Positions 1 through 8,322 of a stretch of 39,430 nucleotides of DNA are shown here, piece after piece (position 1 is the first letter of the stretch; the number at the start of each line of letters is the position of its first letter). Origin of the DNA: a virus (lineage: Duplodnaviria > Caudoviricetes); IMG/VR virus record IMGVR_UViG_3300020045_002532, positions 1 to 39,430 of that record, one strand, 5' to 3'. The position numbers and the translations under genes were made by a program. A model generated the notes under the pieces. It was given only the letters and a program-made list of their open reading frames with translations. It made no database searches and was not told the DNA's origin.

Positions 1-121
1 ACCTCAGCACCCCACGACAGCAATTCTGAGCGGCCAATGAAATCGCCATTGTCGCGCGCAACCGTCAACAGTCTGCCAATCAATCTGCGCGCTTCAGCCA
101 GTTCAGCCAGCCGCGCGCTCA
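1..121. repeat. Terminal direct repeat (identical to 39310-39430); circular-assembly overlap
   Basis: acctcagcac...cgcgcgctca at 1-121 recurs at 39310-39430, and a minus-strand ORF reads in frame across the join. Confidence 0.97.
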
Positions 122-179
122 GGTCTTTGTCGGGGGTCGCCCGCATGGCTATGGCTTGTAGGTGGGGGGTGTCGGTCAT
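1..179 (-). CDS. N-terminal part of junction-spanning hypothetical protein (continues at 39309 to 39066)
   Basis: ATG at 179 overlaps the stop of the upstream gene; MTDTPHLQAIAMRATPDKDLSARLAELAEARRLIGRLLTVARDNG runs into the 39066..39392 ORF. Confidence 0.8.
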   Translation of the reverse strand, partial: MTDTPHLQAIAMRATPDKDLSARLAELAEARRLIGRLLTVARDNGDFIGRSELLSWGAE

Positions 180-382
180 TGTCCGCTCGGCTCCGCTGTG
201 ATTGTAAGACTATCAGGGTGGCAAGGCCCCGATCTGCCATTGTCGAATTTGACCGTGACATAGTGCGGGTCGCCTTGACCGCGCTTCACAGTGCCGGGCA
301 TATGTCCATATTCCGAGAATGTGACGCGCTGGCCCGGCTTGAATGTCTTGCCATAGGCGCGGGCGATGTAATCGTAAGCCAT
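176..382 (-). CDS. Small hypothetical protein (MAYDYIARAYGKTFKPGQRV...)
   Basis: TGATG overlap with the upstream gene at 380-384; SH3/KOW-like beta-rich pattern. Confidence 0.75.
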   Translation of the reverse strand: MAYDYIARAYGKTFKPGQRVTFSEYGHMPGTVKRGQGDPHYVTVKFDNGRSGPCHPDSLTITAEPSGQ

Positions 383-927
383 CACGCCCCCTTTCCTGCG
401 AGTGCGCGGCGTCTGGCTTCCCACCATTCCGGCGTTTTCCCATGAGTTTCGCCAATCGCATCGGCCAAAAGAAAGATCGCCTCAACGCTTGCATCGTTCA
501 GCTTCAAAACGTCGTCGTGGTCATAGTTGTCCGGGTTCAACTCCCACAGCGCCTCATGCGCTGCCCGCGCCGCCTCTGCGATCTTGTCGCTCGTGGCGGG
601 GGTGGCGTTGCCGATGATGGCGTTGTAGAACGCAACCCATTCCGGGGTGTCTTTCAGGCGCATTCCATGGGCATCGCGCCAAGTGCCGTGGCGCATTGCC
701 CCATCAACTTCCTCGACAATCCGTTTCAGGCCAAGCCCCTCCACATACCCCTGCGGCTCAGTGGCGGGCGTGGAGAGGGCGGCGTCGATCTTAGCAATTG
801 TGTCTGCGTAAAACGGCATCCGTGACGCATCGCCCAAGTCAATCCCAGTTGTGGAATGATAGGATTGGATTACGTCGCCAGCTTCCCTCAACGCAGCTTC
901 CATCGCCGCTTCGCGTGTGGTGGTCAT
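382..927 (-). CDS. Hypothetical protein
   Basis: 181-aa ORF translationally coupled to both neighbours. Confidence 0.75.
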   Translation of the reverse strand: MTTTREAAMEAALREAGDVIQSYHSTTGIDLGDASRMPFYADTIAKIDAALSTPATEPQGYVEGLGLKRIVEEVDGAMRHGTWRDAHGMRLKDTPEWVAFYNAIIGNATPATSDKIAEAARAAHEALWELNPDNYDHDDVLKLNDASVEAIFLLADAIGETHGKTPEWWEARRRALAGKGA

Positions 928-1502
928 GGCTTGGCTCCGATCTGGGCAATTGCTTCGATGATTTCGGTTGCGACAGATGCGCCGAATTGAGCGGCTTCAT
1001 CGCCAACATAAAAATCGCCATCTTGGTTTCTGCCGCAAACCTCGCGATAGTATTCAGCCAGCTTGATGCAGCGGTCACGTTCCTCCGCCCGCGCCTTTGC
1101 CACCTCCGCTGCGACGTGTGCGGCTAGGGCGTCACGGTCGCGGTCGGTGATCATGGCGCGGATGGTGTCATTTGCAGCGATGAGGATTGCAGGCTCACCA
1201 GTAACGCCCCATCGAACCGCAACCCGCGTCACGGCACTGACCGCTGCTTCCAACGCCGCCGCGACAGCAGCTTGGGATAGGTCCGTGCGGCGGTTCCATG
1301 CGGCAGCGGCACGGTTGTCCATATCATCGCCGTAAGCAACTAAATCGCCGGGGCACTCTTTTGAGGGGGCTTGATACAGGCCGCTGCACACATATCGCAC
1401 GCCCGCTGGCGAATACCCTTCCGGTGTCCAGAAACCCATTGGAGTAATTCTGTGGGCTGGTTCACCACAAAACGGGCATGGTAATAATTCAATCGCGCTC
1501 AT
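924..1502 (-). CDS. Lar-family restriction alleviation-like protein with C-terminal extension
   Basis: Start MSAIELLPCPFCG at an ATGA overlap; LLPCPFCG...C...C...AAAAWNRR is the Lar-family signature. Confidence 0.7.
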   Translation of the reverse strand: MSAIELLPCPFCGEPAHRITPMGFWTPEGYSPAGVRYVCSGLYQAPSKECPGDLVAYGDDMDNRAAAAWNRRTDLSQAAVAAALEAAVSAVTRVAVRWGVTGEPAILIAANDTIRAMITDRDRDALAAHVAAEVAKARAEERDRCIKLAEYYREVCGRNQDGDFYVGDEAAQFGASVATEIIEAIAQIGAKP

Positions 1503-1942
1503 GGCTTCGGCTCCTTGTCGGCTGTGGGGGTGAGGGCATCGGTGGCAACATTTCCGCAGTCGTCCAAAAGCTGTTCGGTTGGGAACCACTCCAAGCCGCC
1601 ATAGCGCTTGCTGGTTTTGAACGACCACGCGCCCCTGTAAAATTTCAGCGCTGTCTCCAGCACCTTCACCCGCCCCATCGCGGCGGCTTCGGATGCCCGC
1701 AGCGTGGCGAGTTCGTCGTCTTGATGCGCAAGCTTCACCAACTGGCTGTTGTAGTTGTCGCACAGTTCAGTGTTGTAGGTTCGCAGCGTGGCGTTCTCGG
1801 CGGCGAGGGTGGTGAGCATGTCGGCGGCATTGCGCAGTCGTTCACGCGTTTGCATAAACGGCCCGGACTGAATTAGCGGTTTATCAGCCGCACGCAGTTC
1901 TTCCACCATCTGCGCCACCGCTTCCGGCGGTAGGGGGTTCAT
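1499..1942 (-). CDS. Hypothetical coiled-coil protein
   Basis: Start MNPLPPEAV at an ATGA overlap; heptad-rich central region. Confidence 0.7.
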   Translation of the reverse strand: MNPLPPEAVAQMVEELRAADKPLIQSGPFMQTRERLRNAADMLTTLAAENATLRTYNTELCDNYNSQLVKLAHQDDELATLRASEAAAMGRVKVLETALKFYRGAWSFKTSKRYGGLEWFPTEQLLDDCGNVATDALTPTADKEPKP

Positions 1943-2103
1943 TTGAAATTCATCCTCATAATGTCGATCATGGCCAATGCTTCCTCTTGAGAGTTCAGCA
2001 TTCCGATTTCCTCCGTCCAAAACGGAAACCACCAGCGCCAACATTGGACCGCCCAAAAGCGAGAATAGAAACAGTCGCGGCCCACGCGGTAATGTCGCCC
2101 CAT
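1939..2103 (-). CDS. 54-aa Trp-rich hypothetical protein (below the ORF-track cutoff)
   Basis: Manually translated MGRHYRVGRDCFYSRFWAVQCWRWWFPFWTEEIGMLNSQEEALAMIDIMRMNFK; exactly fills the gap with TGATG and ATGA overlaps. Confidence 0.7.
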   Translation of the reverse strand: MGRHYRVGRDCFYSRFWAVQCWRWWFPFWTEEIGMLNSQEEALAMIDIMRMNFK

Positions 2104-2414
2104 CACACCCCCTCCGCTTTCAGCCCGACCAGCGCCATACGGGCGGCTATCATTGCGTCGGCTCGGATGTATCGCAGCGTAGCGTCAGCCTTTGCGAACC
2201 ATACAGCCCAAGCAAACAAATCATCTTTGGGCGGCTGTTCGTCGCGGTTAAATCGAGATGCATAGTTCGCGGTAGCATCTTCATGCAGGCCGTCAGCCCG
2301 CCCCGCAAACCAGTCGCGCAGGGTCATGCCTTCATAGTGGACGCTGCCGTTGTAGTGACCTTCGGGCACAAAGTGCGCAAACGCTGGCCCGCCGTCTTTA
2401 GGTTGATCGCCCAT
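2103..2414 (-). CDS. Conserved phage hypothetical protein (DGGPAF...GMTLRDWFA type)
   Basis: DGGPAF, GMTLRDWFAG and ADAMIAAR motifs common in phage early genes. Confidence 0.8.
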   Translation of the reverse strand: MGDQPKDGGPAFAHFVPEGHYNGSVHYEGMTLRDWFAGRADGLHEDATANYASRFNRDEQPPKDDLFAWAVWFAKADATLRYIRADAMIAARMALVGLKAEGV

Positions 2415-2803
2415 CACACCGCCCCCACAAGCCAATCAAACGCGGCCATGATCGCCACCACAGCCACGGTCGCCGCGAACATCACCAGCCAAGCCGCAAT
2501 GCCGGGGGGGCTCTCGTCGTCAATCTCGGCCTGCGGTTTAATCTCAGGCAGGGCGTCAGCCTTGCGGATGATGCGGCCATTGCCATCGCGGGACTGCCAT
2601 TGCGGGGCTTCAACGCGGGCGTTCTCGACCATGCCGGCCTGCGTTGCCGTAGCCGGGATAACCCGCTCTGCATCCCATCCGCGTAGGGCGTGGGCGATTT
2701 CGTCACCGTGCGATTGCGGCTTGTAGATGCTGTTGCCAGCGGTGATCTTGGCGCGGCGGGCGTTGATCGCAATGACGTTGGGATAGTTGGGAAGGGCGGT
2801 CAT
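2414..2803 (-). CDS. Hypothetical protein with C-terminal membrane anchor
   Basis: C-terminal hydrophobic stretch IAAWLVMFAATVAVVAIMAAFDWLVGAV; overlapping start/stop. Confidence 0.7.
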   Translation of the reverse strand: MTALPNYPNVIAINARRAKITAGNSIYKPQSHGDEIAHALRGWDAERVIPATATQAGMVENARVEAPQWQSRDGNGRIIRKADALPEIKPQAEIDDESPPGIAAWLVMFAATVAVVAIMAAFDWLVGAV

Positions 2804-3189
2804 TCTGTCACCTGTGGAACAGTGAGGTTGAACTTGGCAGCAACGCGGGCAAATTTTGCCTCGAAACCAAAAACTTCACTGCCCCATTCTCGCGCGCCGT
2901 CATGTGCATCCTGAATATGTTCAAGCAGTTCTGGATTTTTGCGCATCCAATCTTCAACACCCTCAATCGGCCCTTTGCCTTCCCTCGCATCATCGCGAAG
3001 GATCGAATATATCGAGGCATCAGATCGCTTATCCCAAGCCATTGCCGTCGCATCCGTCACAAGAAAGCCAACACCACAGCATGCGCCTTGATGTCCGCGA
3101 TATGCGCAGGCCTCACCCTTGCTTTTGCTCTGCCGCCCCTGCGCTTTCAGGCCGAGATAGGCTTTGTCGAAAATCTCTTGCGGCGTCAT
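2800..3189 (-). CDS. Conserved phage hypothetical protein
   Basis: MTPQEIFDKAY...CAYRG...CGVGFL...IQDAHD pattern; coupled to neighbours. Confidence 0.8.
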   Translation of the reverse strand: MTPQEIFDKAYLGLKAQGRQSKSKGEACAYRGHQGACCGVGFLVTDATAMAWDKRSDASIYSILRDDAREGKGPIEGVEDWMRKNPELLEHIQDAHDGAREWGSEVFGFEAKFARVAAKFNLTVPQVTE

Positions 3190-3380
3190 TTGCTGGCCTC
3201 TTGCATTGCGGGTTGCGGGGCGCTCAAGGCGGCATCAAGGGCATCGCGAAGGGCGCGCACAGTGTCAATGATACCAGCAAGCTGTTTTTCTGTCATATGC
3301 CGCCCATCCGCGACATAGCTAATGATGGGCCAGCAGATGTTGTGCTCAAGGGCTTCTCTGGACAGATCAATGTTGCTCAT
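3186..3380 (-). CDS. Hypothetical protein
   Basis: 64-aa ORF with ATGA overlaps at both ends. Confidence 0.65.
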   Translation of the reverse strand: MSNIDLSREALEHNICWPIISYVADGRHMTEKQLAGIIDTVRALRDALDAALSAPQPAMQEASK

Positions 3381-3766
3381 TCCGCCACCCGCTTGGTCAA
3401 CAGGTTCTCGGTCATGGCGGCTTTCACCCCCACCAGTGGCGCAATATAGGCGTCGTCAATGCCATCTTCCCGCCCCTTGTCGATGCACTCAGCCACGCGG
3501 ACAATATGGCGCTGGATTGCGGCAGTTTCCGTGTCAGGCAGCGCGGCGATGATCGCAAAGGCATCAGCGATTGCAGCATCCGGCGTGTCACCTTTGGCGG
3601 TGCCGACTGTGTATTTTCCGCTATAGTCGTATGCCTTTGTAAGACAGATTTCACACTTTCCATCAGCAATGCGCAGCGCCGGGGCCACGAACGGCTTTTC
3701 GCCCGTTTTTTCCACCAACGCCTTGCCAATCGCATAAAGCTGCGTCGTGATTTCAGATACGTTCAT
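3377..3766 (-). CDS. Hypothetical protein
   Basis: 129-aa ORF with ATGA overlaps. Confidence 0.75.
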   Translation of the reverse strand: MNVSEITTQLYAIGKALVEKTGEKPFVAPALRIADGKCEICLTKAYDYSGKYTVGTAKGDTPDAAIADAFAIIAALPDTETAAIQRHIVRVAECIDKGREDGIDDAYIAPLVGVKAAMTENLLTKRVAE

Positions 3767-4071
3767 ACCTTTTCTCCCATCAAATCATGCCAAGCTGGCG
3801 GCACATTGTCGCTGTCGGCGTAGCGATACACGCACTCGCCAAGCGCATCCTCGGTGCGGTCCATTGCGGCGCGACCGTCAATCTCGATCACTAGCACCGT
3901 CTGGCGGCTGGGCACGTCATACGGTAGCACGATATGCCGATCATTGAACGCCTCAAGCACCGCATCAACGGCGTCGTGGAATGTCAGGGCGTGGTCAGCG
4001 ATGTTGCCCCAGCCGTCCTTGAACAGCTTTTTAACGATGAAGTGGTGTGCGGGGTGGGTTGGCTGTGTCAT
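3763..4071 (-). CDS. Hypothetical protein, first gene of the leftward operon
   Basis: GGAGAG RBS upstream, downstream of the leftward promoter. Confidence 0.75.
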   Translation of the reverse strand: MTQPTHPAHHFIVKKLFKDGWGNIADHALTFHDAVDAVLEAFNDRHIVLPYDVPSRQTVLVIEIDGRAAMDRTEDALGECVYRYADSDNVPPAWHDLMGEKV

Positions 4072-4100
4072 GTCTCTCTCCGGTGTTTGATCCTGTCGCT

Positions 4101-4172
4101 ACATTGCCACGCGAAAAAATGTTGCGCAACACAATAATGAGGCTTGCGCGAAAATAACTTGCGTGTAAATGT
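4101..4172. promoter_or_regulatory. Divergent promoters with two 17-bp operator-like boxes
   Basis: Minus strand TTGCGC-N17-CAATGT (4129 to 4101); plus strand TTGCGC-N17-AAATGT (4144-4172); boxes CGCGAAAAAATGTTGCG (4110-4126) and CGCGAAAATAACTTGCG (4147-4163). Confidence 0.65.
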
Positions 4173-4178
4173 CACCTC

Positions 4179-4370
4179 ATGGAAACAGCATCAGACATCA
4201 TTGAAGCCGTAGGACGCAACAGGATCAAAGCCGCTTATGGCGTGGCTGATCGGGTTTTGCAGCTTTACATCAAAAACAACAGCCTGCCCGCTGCATGGTA
4301 TGACGGGCTAGAGCGTATGTCCGGGCGGTCATTGCCGCGTAGGCTATTTACGTTCAAGCCGATCACCTAA
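4179..4370 (+). CDS. Cro-like HTH transcriptional regulator (probably leaderless)
   Basis: 63 aa, IIEAVGRNRIKAAYGV...LPAAWY pattern; first rightward gene; ATG 6 nt after the -10 with no SD. Confidence 0.7.
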   Translation: METASDIIEAVGRNRIKAAYGVADRVLQLYIKNNSLPAAWYDGLERMSGRSLPRRLFTFKPIT

Positions 4371-4454
4371 CTGCCTGCCGCCCCGCTTCCCTGTCGGTGC
4401 GGCCAACTACCCCCGCTATGTGATGTGGCAGGGGATTTTCTTGAGGAGGAACGG

Positions 4455-5840
4455 ATGAGTTTGCAAGAGTATCGAGAGTACATTGCATCACGCGCGCCTA
4501 TCATCGCGCAACGCGGATTTACGCCATCTCCGATCAACACAGCAGCTAAGACACACCAGATCAACGCTTTAGAATTTGCATTGAATATGGGGCAGTCAGC
4601 CGCATTTCTGGACACTGGCCTCGGCAAGTCATTCATCGAATTGGAGTTTGCGCGGCAATGCGCAGATGAAACCGGAAAGCCTTCTCTGATCCTGACGCCG
4701 CTTGCTGTCGCGGGCCAGATGATCCGAGAGGCTAACAAGTTCAACATCGATGCGCGCCAAATCAAGGAACCGGAACAAGTTGGCGATGGCGTTATGGTTA
4801 TGAACTATGACCGACTGCCTAAGCTTGACCCGTCCGTGTTTGGCGCGATCATCCTGGACGAAAGCAGCATCCTGAAATCGTTCAACGGCAAAACCCGTAT
4901 CATGCTGATGGATGCGTTCAAGGATGCGCCGTACAAGCTTGCGGCAACGGCAACACCAAGCCCGAACGACCATACCGAACTAGGTAATCATGCAGAGTTT
5001 CTTGGCGTGATGCGTCAGCAGGAAATGCTGTCAAAGTGGTTTATCAATGACACTTCAACGGCTTCGCAGGATTGGCGATTGAAGGGCCATGCGGTTGAGG
5101 ATTTCTGGCAATGGGTGGCTAGCTGGAGCCGATGCGCCACGTTGCCTTCTGACCTTGGCGGCGATGATACAGGGTACATTCTGCCCGATGTGGTGCGCAC
5201 GTTGCACACAGTTGACGCTGACAGATCAACCGGAACCGATGGCATGTTGTTCCGTATCCCGGAACTGTCAGCAACCAGCTTTCACGCGGAAAAGCGGCTT
5301 ACCATGTCGGATCGGGTGGCGAAGGCGGCAGAACTGGCAACGCATGGCAAGCCCGTCACTGTCTGGTGCGAAAGCAATGATGAAAGCGCGGCATTAGCGA
5401 AGATCATCCCGGACGCGCGGGAAGTGCGCGGCGATATGACGCCAGATCAGAAAGAGGCATTGCTCTTGGGGTTTGTTGACGGCGATTTCCGTGTGATCGT
5501 GACCAAGCCTAAACTCGCTGGATTTGGCGTCAACTGGCAGCACTGTTCGCATGCTGTCTTTGCGTCTATCAGCTACAGCTACGAGCAACACTATCAGGCC
5601 GTTCGGCGTTCGCATCGGTTTGGGCAGACTGATCAAGTGCGCAACGATATCGTGGTCGCAGATACCGAAATGGCAATCTGGGACGTAATCAATACAAAAG
5701 GCGCAAAACACGACGAAATGAAACGCCGCATGGCTACAGCCATGAAGTCGGCACAATCCAAAGCCAATGTCAGGACGGTGTATGATCGGCCCGTTGCGTT
5801 GGCTTTTCCAGAGTGGCTTAAATCGGAGGATCTAGCATGA
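4455..5840 (+). CDS. Superfamily 2 (SNF2/DEAD-like) helicase
   Basis: DTGLGKS Walker A, ILDES Walker B, ATATP motif III, GFGVNWQ and QAVRRSHRFGQ motifs; GAGGAGG RBS before ATG 4455. Confidence 0.92.
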   Translation: MSLQEYREYIASRAPIIAQRGFTPSPINTAAKTHQINALEFALNMGQSAAFLDTGLGKSFIELEFARQCADETGKPSLILTPLAVAGQMIREANKFNIDARQIKEPEQVGDGVMVMNYDRLPKLDPSVFGAIILDESSILKSFNGKTRIMLMDAFKDAPYKLAATATPSPNDHTELGNHAEFLGVMRQQEMLSKWFINDTSTASQDWRLKGHAVEDFWQWVASWSRCATLPSDLGGDDTGYILPDVVRTLHTVDADRSTGTDGMLFRIPELSATSFHAEKRLTMSDRVAKAAELATHGKPVTVWCESNDESAALAKIIPDAREVRGDMTPDQKEALLLGFVDGDFRVIVTKPKLAGFGVNWQHCSHAVFASISYSYEQHYQAVRRSHRFGQTDQVRNDIVVADTEMAIWDVINTKGAKHDEMKRRMATAMKSAQSKANVRTVYDRPVALAFPEWLKSEDLA

Positions 5841-6841
5841 AACATGCTGAAATGAAGCAACCGGAATATAGCGGCGTAGGGTGGGCGATCCACAACTCGG
5901 ATTGCATCGAAGGCATGTGGGCCATGCCAGAAAACAGCGTTGATCTGACCATATTCAGCCCGCCGTTTGGGGATTTGTTCGTTTATTCAGACAGCGAACG
6001 CGACCTTGGCAATGCAGGAACCGGGCAGAAATTCATCAACCAATACAAGTTTTTCGCCGAGGCTTTGACCCGCGTCATGAAGCCGGGGCGCATTGCTTGC
6101 GTGCATTGTACTGACCTGCCGATGCGAAAAGGGCGGGATGGGGCAATCGGCTTGCAAGACTTCTCGGGCGATCTGATCAAGGCTCATACCGATTCAGGTT
6201 TGATCTATCATGGTCGCGCTACAATCTGGAAAGACCCCGTAGTCGAGATGCAGCGCACCAAGGCGCTTGGCTTGCTCTATAAGCAGATCCGCAAAGACAG
6301 CGCCATAAACCGTGTTGGGATGCCTGACTATATGCTGTTTTTCCGCAAGGATGGCGACAACCCAGACCGGATAGAACATTGCGCGCCGGGGGATATCAAA
6401 GCTGCGTTGCCCATCGCTAGGCGTTGGCTTGAGCATATGCGCCGCGAAGGGCTTTGTGCATCGGTGCCGGATGATGATCTACTTGCGGAACTGATCAAAC
6501 ACGCAGAGTTTGACGTGTATGAGTGGCAAAAGCTTGCCAGCCCGGTCTGGATGAATATCAACCAAGGCAACGTCTTGAATGGCTATCGCGCGGCCAAGGG
6601 GCAGCACGACGAGCGGCATGTATGCCCGTTGCAGCTTGATACCATCGCCAACTGCCTACGGCTCTACAGCAAACCTGGAGATGTGGTGATGGACCCGTTC
6701 AACGGCATTGGCAGCACTGGCTTTCAAGCTGTGAAAATGTTCCGTCGCTATCTCGGGTTTGAGTTGAAACCTGAATATGCTGCACAGGCAAACCGAAATA
6801 TGAAAGATGCAACCGCATCGGCGGGGGATTTGTTCGCATGA
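5837..6841 (+). CDS. DNA N4-cytosine/N6-adenine methyltransferase (beta class)
   Basis: FSPPF catalytic motif precedes HVCPLQ and the VMDPFNGIGST SAM-binding motif. Confidence 0.92.
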   Translation: MKHAEMKQPEYSGVGWAIHNSDCIEGMWAMPENSVDLTIFSPPFGDLFVYSDSERDLGNAGTGQKFINQYKFFAEALTRVMKPGRIACVHCTDLPMRKGRDGAIGLQDFSGDLIKAHTDSGLIYHGRATIWKDPVVEMQRTKALGLLYKQIRKDSAINRVGMPDYMLFFRKDGDNPDRIEHCAPGDIKAALPIARRWLEHMRREGLCASVPDDDLLAELIKHAEFDVYEWQKLASPVWMNINQGNVLNGYRAAKGQHDERHVCPLQLDTIANCLRLYSKPGDVVMDPFNGIGSTGFQAVKMFRRYLGFELKPEYAAQANRNMKDATASAGDLFA

Positions 6842-7173
6842 CCCCCGCCGCCATCCTATCCCACATCACCGCCCTGCCCGCCACGTTCACGGCTGATCAG
6901 GACTGGCGACTATTCAACGGCATCGCGATGGGCTACGGGCTGCTAGAGGTAGCGGCGTCCCTGTCTGTGCCATACGAGGCCACCAAGACGCGATGGGCGG
7001 CTATCACGCGCCCGCTGATCGTGCGTGGGGCGTCCGGGCCGTATATCCCGCATGAGGCGCAGGTGGCGCTGGGCGCTAACCGGATTACCGCCGGGGGTTA
7101 CAGCGCAAAGGAGCGCCATGACAGATCCAGTAAACCACCCGCCGCACTATACCAGCCATCCGAGCGGCATTGA
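6838..7173 (+). CDS. Hypothetical protein, possible HTH
   Basis: ATGA overlap with the MTase; GYGLLEVAASLSVPYEATKTRW resembles an HTH. Confidence 0.55.
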   Translation: MTPAAILSHITALPATFTADQDWRLFNGIAMGYGLLEVAASLSVPYEATKTRWAAITRPLIVRGASGPYIPHEAQVALGANRITAGGYSAKERHDRSSKPPAALYQPSERH

Positions 7174-7324
7174 GTGCATCCAGATAACCGAGCACATGGG
7201 CTTCAATCTCGGCAATGCCTTGAAATATATATGGCGTGCCGATCTGAAAAATGATGCCATACAAGACCTCGAAAAGGCCGCTTGGTATATCGAAAGAGAA
7301 ATAGCACGGCGCAAGGCCAAATAG
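7118..7324 (+). CDS. DUF3310 protein (T7 gp1.7-related nucleotide kinase-like family)
   Basis: DPVNHPPHY...IECI...GFNLGNALKYIWR...QDLEKAAWY; AAGGAG RBS. Confidence 0.9.
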   Translation: MTDPVNHPPHYTSHPSGIECIQITEHMGFNLGNALKYIWRADLKNDAIQDLEKAAWYIEREIARRKAK

Positions 7325-7326
7325 CC

Positions 7327-7355
7327 TTGACCGCCGCAAACAATCGTCCTAATGT
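7327..7355 (+). promoter_or_regulatory. Sigma70-type promoter for a leaderless gene
   Basis: TTGACC-N17-TAATGT, with ATG 6 nt downstream. Confidence 0.65.
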
Positions 7356-7361
7356 GAGGCC

Positions 7362-7553
7362 ATGGAAAACAACATCATCACCGAAGTTGCGGAATACTGC
7401 GAACGCTCTGGGGTTACGCCTGTTGCGCTTGGTATCCGCGTGTCGCAAAACAGCCGCCTGATCGCGCGGCTCGAACGCCGCATAAACACCGTCGCAAATG
7501 ACAGCGCCAAGCTACGGGCCTACATAGCCGCGCATCCGGTTGAGGCGAAATAA
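7362..7553 (+). CDS. Small HTH/Cro-like regulator
   Basis: ITEVAEYCERSGVTPVALGIRVSQNSRLIARLE...KLRAYI pattern. Confidence 0.7.
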   Translation: MENNIITEVAEYCERSGVTPVALGIRVSQNSRLIARLERRINTVANDSAKLRAYIAAHPVEAK

Positions 7554-7993
7554 TGGCATTCTTTCTTGGCATTGATCCGGGCCGCAATGGTGCCTTAGCC
7601 GTTCTGGACGGTGAAACCATGGCGCTGACTTGCCATGATATGCCTGACACAACGTCGGCGCTGCATGATCTGATTTGCAGCTTGCCGATCATTCAAATGG
7701 CTTTGCTGGAAAAGCCATTCTTTCCGCGCATGATCGGGATCACCAACGCGGTCAAGATCTCTGAGGCATACGGAACGCTTAAGGGAGCGCTGGCGTGGCG
7801 GTCTATTCCGTGCCGCGAAATCACACCGGCGGATTGGAAAAAACGCCTCGGGCTTTCATCGTCAAAATCAGCATCGCGCGAAAAAGCCAGTATGTTCTTT
7901 CCCGACAATGTGGATGCGTGGCATCTGAAAAAGCATGACGGTAGGGCAGAGGCTGCGTTGATTGCATGGATGGCGAAGGATATGCGCAAATGA
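7553..7993 (+). CDS. RuvC-like Holliday junction resolvase
   Basis: FLGIDPG, LLEKP, ITPADWKK and DGRAEAALIA RNase H-fold catalytic motifs. Confidence 0.85.
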   Translation: MAFFLGIDPGRNGALAVLDGETMALTCHDMPDTTSALHDLICSLPIIQMALLEKPFFPRMIGITNAVKISEAYGTLKGALAWRSIPCREITPADWKKRLGLSSSKSASREKASMFFPDNVDAWHLKKHDGRAEAALIAWMAKDMRK

Positions 7994-8274
7994 CATTTGC
8001 CATCGACACGGGCGGGCCGCTATTCACCGGGGCGCGGGAATTCGTGCCTGACTGGCTACAGGATCAATGCCCCGCAAGCTATACAGATGCACAGGTTGTG
8101 CAGGCTTACGCGCATCACATCATCGGTGATACCTTAAACCCCAAGAAGCTTGATACCGTGCGAAAGCACATCCTCATGAATTGGCGATTTCTCGGCACGT
8201 TGGGCGAAGAAAGCCCCGGCCTGTTCGATGAAGTTTTCACAGCATACGTCGAACGCGCAACATCGTTCGATTGA
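7990..8274 (+). CDS. Hypothetical protein
   Basis: ATGA overlap with the resolvase. Confidence 0.65.
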   Translation: MTFAIDTGGPLFTGAREFVPDWLQDQCPASYTDAQVVQAYAHHIIGDTLNPKKLDTVRKHILMNWRFLGTLGEESPGLFDEVFTAYVERATSFD

Positions 8275-8322
8275 TCCGCGCCGGGCGGTTCCCGGAATAA
8301 GTAGCAACTAGGAAAACAGAAA

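Noticed and set aside
1-121. 121-bp terminal repeat as a biological DTR or att site
   Set aside because: It falls mid-ORF and is best explained as assembler overlap on a circular or circularly permuted genome; true ends need read data
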